A stretch of DNA of 64,000 nt from Octopus sinensis (Eukaryota), in assembly GCF_006345805.1 (NCBI RefSeq), contig NC_043005.1, positions 63,178,001 through 63,242,000 on the forward strand, in the 5' to 3' direction. Below, piece after piece: positions 39,459 through 51,942 of this stretch. The position numbers were made by a program, and so were the translations under genes. The notes beneath the pieces are model-generated. The model worked only from the letters and a program-made list of their open reading frames with translations. It was not told the origin of the DNA and did no database searches. Numbering within the stretch: position 1 is the stretch's first letter; every line of letters starts with the position of its first letter.

Positions 39459-39949
39459 GCACATGCACACACACACACACGTATACACAATATTGAATAG
39501 TGTTAATGCTTATGGTGTACAAATTAGTACTTCCAGCTCACTATAGCAACTGGATTTCTTGAGTATATAAACAGGTTGGCAGCATGCATCTTTAAGATTG
39601 ATCAGATTTATGTAAACTGCTCTGATGATAGTCCAATAATATTCAAAAGCTGATTAAGGCAGTTCATCAATTTTTCAGGCAATGGAGAAAGAGTTAAATA
39701 TCTCCTGTTAATATATTTCTAAATAGGTTATAAATATATATGTAAACAGAAATGAGCTAAGAGAAATAATTCAAAGTAGCCAGTATCATGTATTTGAACA
39801 AGATGTACAAATACCAGTATGTTAACTACCATACAACAAAGATTCTCGGTTTATTAAATCAAGGACAATAAACTTATCCTTTTTCTTAATGGCATATCAA
39901 ATTTTGGAGAAATATTTGAATCTGGAGTTTTCCCCCCTCTCAATTATAA

Positions 39950-40225
39950 TATATTTCTGTAGGAGTGGAGATAATTTTAATAAATGAAGAATTTTCATTG
40001 TATGGTATTTGACATATCAGTGCTTCTATCTCTCTTTCTCTCTCTCTCGTTTTTTTCTCTCCTTGTTTTTTTTTTCTGTGTCCCTTTCTGTAGAAGAGAG
40101 TAGGCTCGAAACGTAAAAGACTTTTTCTATTCCTGAGCGTTATACTAATATGTCTGTTTGTTTTGTACACCACCTGGCTTCGTCTTTTGTCTTTTTCATA
40201 AACTCTCCCTATATATATATATATA
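39950..40225 (+). mobile_element. PLE 3'-tail fragment with variant hammerhead-like motif
   Basis: CTTT-CTGTAGA-A-GAG(AGTAGG)CTC-GAAACGTA-AAAG at 40084-40119; related to the tail at about 31717; ends in (TA)n. Confidence 0.6.
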
Positions 40226-40448
40226 TATGTAGTCATATTTGTAGTTAAAAGAATTAACTGTCTTTGGCTGCTATTTCTAAATTTTCGGCATGTGGTGAAG
40301 CAACTTGTTGCTAATCCCTTAATTATATTTAATTATATATAAAAACAACTTTTTGTACATGTTTTTACCGATAAGGGTTTTTTCCATACTGAAACTACCT
40401 GGTAAAATTTATTAATTATCAAATTAATAATTCTTTACCCTATATCTA

Positions 40449-40480
<32 letters not shown>

Positions 40481-40815
40481 CAAACACAGCTTGGCACAAA
40501 TATTTTGGTAATTTCCACGACCTGGTGGTCTACTGGTGCAAATCAGTCAATGTTGTTGACTGTATTTTAGTTAAAGCTATAGATTTAATGTGTGTCCAGA
40601 GTTGCCTCTCTTAGGTATTTCCCATTGATAATGGCTAAAGAGCAAGAAATGTTGATGTTTGGGAATCCTGATAGGAAGCAACACTGAGCAGATTTGGTGT
40701 TTTACAACTTTTTACTATATGAATGAAATTTTCTCCACAGTAACTGCAGTGAATTTGCCTTTTAGCAGTTGAAATATGTGGTAAACATATCTCAGCAAAC
40801 CTAAACTTTGCATAA

Positions 40816-40848
<33 letters not shown>

Positions 40849-41749
40849 GGCAAAAAGTGAAAGTGAAAGCAGCATGGAAGTATATTTAAAAATTCTTTTT
40901 ACTTTTTGTTTTCCTTTAATTGGACACGATAAATAATTTTATATTTGTTTCATTAAGTTACTTTTTTTTATAGAATATTATATAATATAATGTATGTCCA
41001 TCTTATTAAATATTAAAAATTATTGTTAAAGTTTAGGAAATAAGAAGAAACCGGAAATTAAAACAGTTTTTTCTTACATTCTGTGCATAGTTAAGAAAAT
41101 GTTCTTAACTAAGCACCAAATACAAGAACAAACTGTTTTAATATCCAATTTTTTCTTTAATCTTTTACTTGAGCCATGCTGTAGTACCACATTGAAGAAG
41201 TTTAGTTGAACAAATTAACCACAGAATATATATATTTTTTTAAGGTTTGTACTTATTATATTTGTTTCTTTTGCTGTAAACACATGAACTTCAGTTGTCA
41301 AGCGATGGTGGGGGACAAACACAGACACAAAGACAAACACACACACACAAACATAAATGACAGGCTTTTTACAGTTTCCATCTACCAAATTTACTCACAA
41401 GGCTTTGGTCGGCCTGTGGTTGTAGTAGAAGACACTTGCCCAAGGTACCATGCTGTGGGAGTGAACCAAGAACCATGTAGTTGAGAAGCAAGTTTCTTAC
41501 CATACCGTCAAATTTTTCTTCCTTCCTAATTCTTGACTTTGGATTTTTAATATTTGATAAGATAGTCGCACTCATCAAAACTGGTAATATTTTATAAAAA
41601 TCACTTAATGAAACAAATATAAAAATACTTATCCTGTCCGATTAAAGGAAAAAAAAAGTAAAAAGAACTTTAAACACACTTTTGTGCTGTTTCCACTTTT
41701 ACTTTTTACCTATAACCTTTGTTTTGTCTGGATTCTTAACCCCTTTTCA

Positions 41750-41757
41750 ACTATGTA

Positions 41758-41835
<78 letters not shown>

Positions 41836-41989
41836 TATATATTATATATATTATATATATTATATATATATATTATATATATTATATATATATATATATT
41901 TATACACGTTTGTGCACACTCACACACACACACACATACACACACACACACACATACACACACACACACCATACACACACACACACCAT

Positions 41990-42046
<57 letters not shown>

Positions 42047-42050
42047 ATAT
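41750..42050. repeat. Compound (TA)n/(CA)n microsatellite
   Basis: Direct reading. Confidence 0.95.
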
Positions 42051-42469
42051 ACCACAGAATCTTCCAAAACTAGACACCAATATCTAAGCGTTATCTAAGC
42101 TTAATAAGATTATCTCTGAAGGAAAACAACCAATATAAATGTAGCTAATCTCCACAAACCACGAATCCACAAATGCTTTCCACTTTACTTGAATGAAGGA
42201 CAACTCAGAATAACCAGACTAAGATCTGAAAATCCACAAACAAGCATAACAAATATGTATTTTTATCATCAGTTGCCACACACACACATATCATTCTTCG
42301 CAACACATTGGTATATATATATGTGTGTGTGTGTATAAATATATATATGTGTGTGTGTGTACATGTGTGTATATATATATATGTATGTATATATATGTGT
42401 GTGTGCATGTGTGTGTATATATATGTGTGTGTGTGTGTATGTGTGTGTGTGTGTGTGTTTGTATGATTT

Positions 42470-43205
42470 TTCTTTGAGTTTAAGCTTTTCTAGAGAGAGT
42501 TCAAGTGGTTGCTAATAAAGCGACAAGACTTCTTGAGTTAAGACAGTTCCCAGTGTTTGTAAACATGTGGTTGAGTTGGTGTATTGGTTAAACTTTTGAT
42601 GTATACACCCAAGTGTGTGCATCAATTCACATAAGGATCTCGCATGGAGAATTTTTGGAATGTCTTACAAATCTCCTCTGAGCCACTAATAGATTGTATT
42701 TTGAGAATCCATGTCAGTTTTCTTTTGTTCTTTTTCCATGAATCCAAGTATTTGTAGGTTTTTGTACAAATTTGTTGGTACATAACTTAATGCACCTATG
42801 ATGAGGTTTCATAGTCAGGGTACAAGAGCTGTAAGTTCTGCATTAATTCACCGTAAATCTCTTTACCTGAACTTTTGGTTGTACATTCACATTCTTTGGG
42901 TAGCTGACCTCTAAAACAGTGCACGACATTTGTTCCCTATCCTACAGAATAATATCAGATCTGTTATGCTTACACAGAATTGATGTTTTTATTGAGGTGT
43001 TCCACTAATATTCCCTGTTTTTAAAGGTGTGAATACCTAATGATTCTGATATGCTTTTGATGTATGCATCAGGGCAGACCTTCCTATGGATAGCATTGTG
43101 AACAGTCTTTGCAACTACATCGTGCTTCAGGGACAGTCAATATCTCATAGACATTTTGAGGCAGCTGCTAATGTGGTGAGTGATATCGTCTACTCTGGAA
43201 TAGCA
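42470..43205 (-). mobile_element. 3' fragment of the second RLE LINE family
   Basis: DDITHHISSCLKMSMRY*LSLKHDVVAKTVHN...EY*WNTSIKTSILCKHNRSDIIL*DREQMSCTVLEVSYP...LQLLYPDY...IGAL...KIQSISGSEEICKTFQKF; the 3' end abuts CATACAAAC(AC)n. Confidence 0.88.
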
Positions 43206-43682
43206 GAGCTAACAGCTTTTATCACAACATATATACATATGTATGTATATATGTATGTGTATATATATGTGTGTGTGTGTATGTATATATACATGTATAT
43301 ATATTGTATGGAGGTATGATGATATATATGTGTAGTAAGCAAAGAAATAAAGTTGATGGTATTACATTTATTAATCTGGTTACGATTGTTTCAATAATTA
43401 GTGAAATTGTTTCATTAATTAACATGCTGAGTTATAAAAATATAAAAAGGATCAATCCCTACAATACTAAATGCAAGTTCCACTAATTGTCTCTTCAGAC
43501 TGGCTATAAGAGCCATACTAGAGTACACAGCTGAATTTTATTAAATAAATATGAGACAGGGAAAGATTTAGAAGATAGTTATAAATTAAATAGCAACTTA
43601 TCACACTATCAGAGAAACACTCAAGTAGTTTAGGGACTATGAAGACATACTGCCCTATTAGTTCTCATTCATTCGATCGATT

Positions 43683-44297
43683 TGTAGTGGACGCGTGGAT
43701 GTATTAATAAATACATATGTAAGAATTAGCACTTCCTTCTCTAAGCTTGGATTCAAAATCAAATCCAAGAATCATTGGTCGGCAAATACCAATGCACAAA
43801 AAGGCGCCAAATCAGAATCTCTTTGTTCTGACAAAAAATGATGGATCGTCTCCCTTCGACCTCTGACCTGAGCAGGTCAGGCGAAGTTTAACGGAACGAC
43901 CAGCGACCTACTTTAATGATAACTCTCTTGCGATATATCTATTTTTCTGGCTATTTGAGATTTTATAAATAGAACGGAGAAATAGGTATCTGCAGAGAAC
44001 CAGAACCAACGCTTAAGAGAATGTCACACATTTATGGAGACGACGAGAGAATATTCATAAAGGTGATTGTCCTGCATGATTTACTCACACACACACACAC
44101 ACCATCAAACATATTCTTCTTTAATATGTACCATGTATTATGCATTCTTTAATATGTATTATTTGCAAGCATTATTTAATATGCATTTTGTACAAGCGAT
44201 GTGTAGCATTACTTACAAATTGATGTAGTGAAAATAAATCTTTAATTTATTACAAAACAACTTATGTATTTATTAATACATCCACGCATCCACTACA
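43683..44297 (+). mobile_element. Gypsy-type LTR (615 bp, TG...CA) with 35-bp terminal inverted repeats
   Basis: 43683-43717 is the reverse complement of 44263-44297 at 34/35; AATAAA near 44234; followed after 2 nt by a primer-binding site and then gag. Confidence 0.8.
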
Positions 44298-44299
44298 TT

Positions 44300-44310
44300 T
44301 GGTGACCCCG
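44300..44310 (+). promoter_or_regulatory. Primer-binding site, tRNA-Trp type
   Basis: TGGTGACCCCG is complementary to the 3' end of eukaryotic tRNA-Trp (...CGGGGTCACCA); it lies 2 nt after the LTR-terminal CA. Confidence 0.8.
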
Positions 44311-44406
44311 TAAAACGAATCGCGCCTTCCCCGGAACCAGCTTCATCAACCGCATCAAAGAATTACAGTTTGCACATCACCAGCAACGAAGCAACTGAAA
44401 ATTCCG

Positions 44407-44968
44407 ATGAAAACAATGAATCTCCCGGAACAAAATCTAGCGGCCAACATTGACATGGCATTCCAAGCGGCGATCTCGTTAAAAATTCCACCATTCTGGA
44501 CCCACGACCCGACATTGTGGTTTCACCATATAGAGGCAGAGTTTGCCTCTCACAGTTATATTGAGCGATGTGGCTCGACTTTCTCACGTTATCGGTTCTC
44601 TGTCACCAGAAATAACGAACGTAATACGTGACCTTATCATGGCACCACCCGGTTCTGTTTCATATGAAGTTTTTAAAACCACGTTAATAAACAGAACCTC
44701 AGAATCCCAACAAAAAAGACTTCACCAGCTTCTGATATCGGAAGAATTGGGTGACAAAACGCCGTCCCAGCTTCTTCGGAGAATGAAACAGCTTCTCGGA
44801 GATGAGACGCTCCCAGAAAAAATTTTCAAGCAACTTTTTCTCCAGTGTCTGCCCTCCAATACCCAGGTTGTTCTCACGTCTACCAGAGAAAACACATCCC
44901 TTGAAGAACTGGCGGAGCTAGCTGACAAAATAGCCGAAGTACCGCACAGATATCCAACTATATATTAG
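44407..44968 (+). pseudogene. Gypsy gag remnant (frameshift near 44560; no pol, no 3' LTR)
   Basis: AISLKIPPFW..DPTLWF..IEAEF / HVIGSLSPE...IRDLIMAPP...YE.FK..LI.R...SQQKRLHQLL..EELGDKTPSQLLRRMKQL...LFLQCLP...LEELAELADKI. Confidence 0.9.
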
Positions 44969-46321
44969 TGGAGAGATTCAAAGATTATGGAATAAAATGC
45001 GTTTGTTCAAAGAGATGACAGTTTATGACTGTTTTCTTAGAAATAAGACAAATAAGCAGAAAAGAAATCATCATCAATTAAGGTCCACTTAACCCCATTT
45101 GTATGGGTTAGGCAAAAAGTATTGAGGCAGATTTTCTATGACTGGATACCCTTCTTGTCACGAATCCTTTACTGTTTCCAATCAAGGTTTATATTTCTTC
45201 ATCACCACAACCAGACATATCTCAGAAGATCAGAAATGAAAGACACTGCATATGCATGATGGTGACACTCTCTTAAGGCGATCAAAGAATGTGAAAGCAA
45301 AGAGCCAATAACATACACTCACAAACACACATATACATGTACACACACACACACATTCGTATACAAAGGGCTTCTAACAGTTTTCATCTCCCAAATCCAC
45401 TCACGAGGTTTTGGTCACACTGGAGCTGTAATAGAAGACACTTGACACACAGTGGGATGGAACCCCAAATAATGTATTATAACTGGGAAGCATATAAAAA
45501 AGAAAATCAAGAGAAAGAGATTTGAAAAGATAAGAAGGAACTAGAATTCAGGTACAGAATAAAGCTATAAGACTGGCACAAGAATTATGGCTGGTTATTA
45601 GGTGAATAAGGCACTGGTTCAGCCTTTTTTTATCATTCAATCCTCAGTTTTGAAAACCAAGTATGCAGACCCATAAGTCATACCTCGACTGATGGAAGAA
45701 ATATTACTCTATACATCAATCAGAGCTATCTGAAGTTGGGGCTTTGAGGAGACTAAGGAAAACATTCATATTTTTGAAGATCCAGATATGTGACCTTCTT
45801 AGCTTACTCTAGTGTATGGACCTCGTGTAGAGAGGCATCTTCCATGGTCAGATAGTACTGCCATGTTTAACACTTTATTTAACACTTTAAGGCTTACAAC
45901 TCTAATATAAAAAAAGCTGCTATTCCCATCTATGTTGCTAAAAATAACAAATTTTCCCATTAAATTTGATATTTGATTTGTTTTTTTTTTTTGTAGAACA
46001 AAAAGTGAATGTGTGTGAGTGTGTTGTTATTACCTCCACGTTAGCAAAGAATTCTGGATTATTTTTCCTGCTTTTTACTTAATTTTTGAGAGTGGTTGGG
46101 TTAATTATTTTGGTATTCTTGTTTGTGAGAGCAGTCGTGTTTATTTAAGATATTCTCATTTTAAAAATCATTTCTGGCTAATCATTGAGAGGACGTTGGT
46201 ATTGCCTTGGTAGAGATTTGCACTCTCTGAGTGCTCTTGTTGTTATTAACTTTAATGCTCAAATTTATAAACCAGTATTTTTTTAAAACATTAAAATGTA
46301 ATTGTTTTTTTTTCTTTTCAG

Positions 46322-46424
46322 GTACAATGCATGCGTCTTACTATGATAATGTTTTTTCATGCGCTTCATGTTCACATTTTTTTAAGAAAGCATTCCTCAA
46401 CCAAGAATCCATCTTGATTTATAT
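46322..46424 (+). CDS. Internal exon encoding the second half of a nuclear-receptor-like C4 zinc finger (divergent P-box)
   Basis: Strong acceptor TTGTTTTTTTTTCTTTTCAG, donor AT|GTAAGC, open frame (G)TMHASYYDNVFSCASCSHFFKKAFLNQESILIY. CxxCxxFFxK and 13 residues before the first Cys match the NR pattern CxxC-x13-CxxCxxFFxR. Partner exons not found. Confidence 0.65.
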
Positions 46425-47138
46425 GTAAGCAAAAATAGAAAAATGTAATTATGCACAGAAACGACAAACCTTTCGTATCCTTCAGTTTGTGAAAAATCTC
46501 AGAAGTTTCTTATTGAATATTATTGGAAAACAAAAATGAAATATTTTATTTGACAAAAATTTCAAAACCTTCAGAGAGTTGTATAACAAGGCTATACATA
46601 GCAAACACCATCATTATCATCATTATCATTCCTGAGGCACCAGTCACTGGGTGAAGGTAATGGCAACCATAGCAATAGCAACAATAATAATGGTGCTGAC
46701 GATGTTGGTGACACTGATAGTGATAATAGGGAGGGTGATGAAAACGATGACAAGAACATTGTTCCATACATTATCCCCATCGATGTTGATGAAGACGATG
46801 AAGGAAAGAAAAAAGAGTAGGTTGCAACTTGAACTGTTGTATCAAAGGACAGAAATAGAGATATTTAGTCACAGATTGGATGCTACTACTGGTTCTAGAG
46901 TATGAACACATCACTCAGTACCATTCAGTAGCAAAAAATATGCCACTGAACTCTATATAAATTTTGACATAAGTGAGCAATGGGAAAAACTTCCATCATA
47001 CTAGCTGAAACATCAAATTTACAAGCAAAACTGTAAGGCCAAAAACACTTGAAAGACTAATAGATTTTGCCTGAAGCATTGTCGTAAATATATAAATATT
47101 TTAAAAATTAAAGCCAAAACAATGCATGTTTTAAGAAA

Positions 47139-47304
47139 TACTTTTACTTTGTATTTCAATATTTTGAGGTTAGGACCCCTTCTTCAGGAAACCTTTAGAG
47201 AAATGATGTGAGCTGGCTTCTCTGTTTTCAGCTTGTATAACTTTTCCAAAGATTTCTTGAGCAAGGGATCTTGACCCCAAAATTTGAAATACAAGGAAAA
47301 TGTA
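47139..47304. mobile_element. Old fold-back element with decayed hammerhead-like arms
   Basis: Arms at 47139-47191 and 47253-47304, roughly three-quarters identical by eye; the left arm reads CCTGAAGAAGGGGTCCTAACCTCAAAA on the minus strand. Confidence 0.5.
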
Positions 47305-47382
47305 CAAAAGATCAACATGTATTATTTCTTGTAACTTGCATAATTTTGGCTTTAAAATAAGTTTAAAAACAATTAAAAGACT

Positions 47383-47751
47383 GAGCAGTTGTATACCGTC
47401 AACTTAAGGTGACAGTCCCATTGAGGGAATTTAAACCACCGCTGTTTAGCCCTAGGAAGCATCAACGCTTCCTGTCAGCCTTGACACTGAAAATATATAA
47501 GTTTATGAAGGCTAGACAGGTATCTTCAGCTAGCAGACCATGCTATTCCAGACTGATGACGAGCAAGACTTAGAAACATGTCCCTGGATGCAGGCCGAAC
47601 TGTTGGGGGTGCTTGTCTCCCCTTTGTAAACATAAGGACACAGGAAATGTGTCAAGGCCGACAGGAAGCATTGATGCTTCCTAGGGCTAAACAGCGGTGG
47701 GTAATTCCCTCTATAGGACTGTCATGTTAAGTTGACAGTATACAACTGCTC
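47383..47751. mobile_element. Fold-back element with ~105-bp inverted arms and an internal hammerhead motif
   Basis: Arms at 47383-47487 and 47649-47751; CTGATGA 47553-47559, GAAACATGTC 47573-47582, stem I TCCAG/CTGGA. Confidence 0.75.
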
Positions 47752-47819
47752 TATCGTTCCAACACCGCTCATATCTCTCTGAGATATTTAGAAATTTAAT
47801 ATTTCTAATTAAAAGACTG

Positions 47820-47945
47820 GTGAGGAGAAAAGCCTCTTCATGGACAGTATGCATTCTGAAACAAAAATGACGATGTAGACTCATCAGTGGCTGAATACTT
47901 CAGGAGTAAATTCAGTAACAGAAGAATTTATACTTGCAGGAATCA
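47820..47945 (+). pseudogene. Small internal R4/Dong-like LINE fragment
   Basis: EKPLHGQY...DVD / HQWLNTSGVNSVTEEFILA, homologous to KPLHG...QWLRSSGLKAETEGFLIA at about 61170-61290. Confidence 0.7.
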
Positions 47946-49294
47946 CCCCAACACATCATCTCCCTATTACTCATCTATCAACAGGTTTTATTATTCTAGA
48001 GCTCTTCAACCTTTCTGTAACTTCCACTTATCACTTCCTCCAGCTTGAGCCACTTTAATGCCTAATCCCCATATTTGTCATTGAACAATCTTCCTTGAAT
48101 AGTGGACATCCTTGTCCACCATTCACTATATTCATTTTTTCCTCGATCTCTAACAATCTATTATTCTTTCACACACTCTTGTGAAACAACCACTCTTCAT
48201 GGCCTTCTGCTCCTCTTCTTTCTCCTATTCACATGTTTGACATTTTGTCACTGTCTTTATCTCTCTTTCCAGCTTCTCCCATTTACCAAATCCACTATAG
48301 TAGAAGACACTTGCCCAAGGTGCCACACAGTGGGACTGAACCCAGAACCATGTGATTCGTAAGCAAGCTGCTTACCACACAGTCACAAATAATGCAGGGT
48401 AACCATATATAACCTCTGCAGCAAAGCATCATTTCCTGTCCCTCTATCATCTTTCAGAGTTTCAAACTCGACACAAGGCCATCTCCTTCAATACAACATA
48501 CGCTCTCAGTTGAGGATTTCTTCTTGAGTTGGCAACCTTACAAATGCTAGTGCCAGAAGAAAGCACCCTGTACACTCTATAAAGTGAGTGGAATTTGGAA
48601 AGGTATCCAGCTGTGGAAAGCTTTCAAAAGCAGTAATTTGAGCTAGATGTTGTCATCACACTTGTCACATCCTGTTGAACCATTCAACCAACAAGTATGG
48701 AATGTGTATGTTAAATGATGATGTAATGACGATATGATATATATATATATATATGAATAGGGTTAAGTAACAAGTTGCTTAGCCACATACAGAAAATTTA
48801 GAAATAGCAGTCAAAGACTGCTTATTTCTATTTTCTACATATAACATTTACTTGTAACTCACATATGCAAAAGGAACTTTTATATATATATATATAAAGA
48901 ACTTATTGTAAAAGTTCCTACTGATAATGGTTATATTTCCATATTGAAACTACTCGGTTATAATTATTAATTTTTAAAATTAATAATTATTAACCCTTAT
49001 GTTATTAATAATAGAATTATATACACACACACACACATATATAAAAGCACCATTTGAGTGTGGTCAATGCCAGTACTGCCTCACTGGCCCTCAAGCTGGT
49101 GGCATGTAAAAGCACTCACTACACTTTTGGAGTGATTGGTGTTAAGAAGGGCATCAAGCTGTAGAAACTTTGCCAGATGAGATTGGGGCCAGGTGCATCC
49201 TTCTGGCTCACCAGCCCTCAGTCAAACCGTCCAACCCATGCCAGCATTGAAAGTGGACATTAAACGATGATGATGATGATGATACACACACATA

Positions 49295-49364
<70 letters not shown>

Positions 49365-49390
49365 ATATATGTATGCTTATCTTTCACTTA

Positions 49391-49477
<87 letters not shown>

Positions 49478-49595
49478 ATATATATATATATGTATGTATA
49501 TATATATATATACACACATACACACACACACACACAGATAATAAAAGAAGGAAAATGCACAAAATTTATATATTTTTAATATATTTTAAAGAATA

Positions 49596-49960
49596 AAAGC
49601 ACCATCCGAACATGGCCGTTGCCAGCGCCGCCTCAACTGGCTTCTGTGCTGGTGGCACATAAAAAGCACCATCCGAACGTGGCCGATGCCAGTGCCACCT
49701 TGGCTGGCTTCCGTGCCGGTGACATGTTAAAAGCACCAACCGATCATGGCCGATGCCAGACTCCCCTGGCACCTGTGCTGGTGGCATGTAAAAAGTACCC
49801 ACTACACTCACGGAGTGCTTGGCATTAGAAAGGGCATCCAGCTGTAGAAACACTGCCAGATCAGACTGAAGCCTGGTGCAGCCCCTGGCTTCCCAGACCC
49901 CGGTCGAACCGTCCAACCCATGCTAGTGCAGAAAACGGACGCTAAACGATGATGATGATA
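49596..49960 (+). mobile_element. SINE family C with three ~60-67-bp internal tandem units
   Basis: AAAAGCACCATCCGAAC.TGGCCG.TGCCAG units followed by the (ATG)n tail; another copy at 49040-49282. Confidence 0.75.
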
Positions 49961-50174
49961 TTTTAAAGGATAAAATATTATGAGAGTTGACCTGTTTTTG
50001 TGTTTCACTAATTGTCACATTGAAATTGGGGAAAATATTGCAATTTCATATTTTCATAAGAAACCAATATCATGATTAACAAAACATAAAACCAGCTGAC
50101 TATCATAATATTCTATCTTTTAGAATATATTGAATCTATATAAATTGTGTCAATTTTCTTTCTTTTATTATATA

Positions 50175-50205
50175 CTAGCAGAAGTACCTGGTGTTGCTCG
50201 GGATT
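50175..50205 (-). mobile_element. Helitron 3' terminus
   Basis: Minus strand CCCGAGCAACACCAGG hairpin (50202-50187), then CTAG-T (50178-50175). Confidence 0.65.
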
Positions 50206-50567
50206 CAAATACTACAATGTTTTTGATACTTACTCTTTTACTCTTTTACTTGTTTCAGTCATTTGACTGTGGCCATGCTTGAGCACCACCTTTAGTCGAC
50301 TAAATCGACCTCAGGACTTATTCTTTGTAAGCCTAGTACTTATTCTATCGTTCTCTTTTGCCAACCTGCTATGTATGCATGCATGCATACATACATACAT
50401 ACATGCATACATACATGCATGCATGCATGCATCCATCCATACACACACACACACACATGCACACACACACACAAACACACATACACATGCATGCATACAT
50501 ACATACATACATACATACATACATACATACAGACATACATACATACATACATACATACATATCATAG

Positions 50568-51290
50568 CAGTTGCCTGAAAATGTCATCACGGTATTAACT
50601 ACTGATGAGACATGATGTTGTAGCTTGAACACTATAATGAAATCCATTGGGAAGATAACCCAGAGGACAAAGAAATAAGAACCACTCATAATAAAAAGAA
50701 ATATTGATGGAATGTACCAATGAAGACCTCAATAAAATCTAAGCACAACAGAACTGATATAAAGATTTGGGATAGAGAAGAGAAACTGTGCACAGTTGTG
50801 GAAATTAGCTGCCCAGTGGATGTTAACATAATACTGATGATCAGTGAATAATAGAATACCTATGCTGAACTATTGAGAAATATGGAGTTACTCTATCCAG
50901 ATTACAAGTTCAGGTTTATACCTGTAATTATTGGGGCCCTGGGATATGTAACACACTGCCTAAATACCAATCTTGAGAAATTAGGCTTCTCAAAACCAGA
51001 ATGGAGAAAGATAATTCGAAGACTACAGATCCAATCCATCACTGGAGCTGTAAAGATCTGTAAAACTTTCCAGAAGTTTATCATTTAAATATATATGAGC
51101 ATGTCTAGATATACAAGTATATGCATGAGACTGCACATATACATACATACATACATACATACATGCATACAAAAATAGCTTGTTGTTGATATTGAAATTC
51201 CAGTGAAGGAGCCTTGAATCTAGGTTAGAAACCAGCTCTTTCTCTATTGGCAAGAAATCTTGATATAAAACTGAACAACAACAAACAAAT
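50568..51290 (+). mobile_element. 3' fragment of the second RLE LINE family
   Basis: SCLKMSSRY*LLMRHDVVA...KY*WNVPMKTSIKSKHNRTDIKIWDREEKLCTVVEISCPVDVNI...ELLYPDYKFRFIPVIIGALG...ICKTFQKF; preceded by a (CATA)n tract; ends AAATAAACATAC. Confidence 0.88.
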
Positions 51291-51482
51291 AAACATACAG
51301 AGTTCTATGTTCATTGTTTTTACCTAACATTTATTCAATTCTGTATTTATCACAAATTCAATGGTTAATGGTATATACTTCTAACAATTGAAAAACTTCT
51401 TGCTCAAAGCTTTGCTTACAGGTCTGTCAGTCAGTCTATCTATCCGCCCACATGTATATACATACATACACACACACACACA

Positions 51483-51536
<54 letters not shown>

Positions 51537-51550
51537 ACATATTTATATAT

Positions 51551-51595
<45 letters not shown>

Positions 51596-51645
51596 ATGTT
51601 TCTATCTATATATGTATAAATAGCACAATGAAATAATAGTTTCAG

Positions 51646-51734
51646 AACTGAGGCACATCTGCAATAATTGTGGAAAGTCTTTTAAGAGGGTCTTCAGGCT
51701 GAAAAGCCACATCTGTTCTCACTTGAAGAGCTAA
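51646..51734 (+). other. Isolated C2H2 zinc-finger-coding segment (RTE ORF terminus or terminal exon)
   Basis: [28 protein letters not shown]: C-x2-C-x12-H-x3-H with F and L at canonical positions; no TGEKP linker. Confidence 0.35.
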
Positions 51735-51847
51735 TGCTATGTTTCTGCTTGAAATAGTCAAGTTTTGTTTCAAAACAAACTACCTTTTGATATATGAATA
51801 CATACATACATACATACATACATACATACATACATACATACATACAT

Positions 51848-51942
<95 letters not shown>

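Noticed and set aside
40635-40853. Minus-strand CSYC-containing ORF as a zinc-finger exon
   Set aside because: It needs a frameshift to give ligand spacing, has a weak acceptor and starts in a (CA)n tract.
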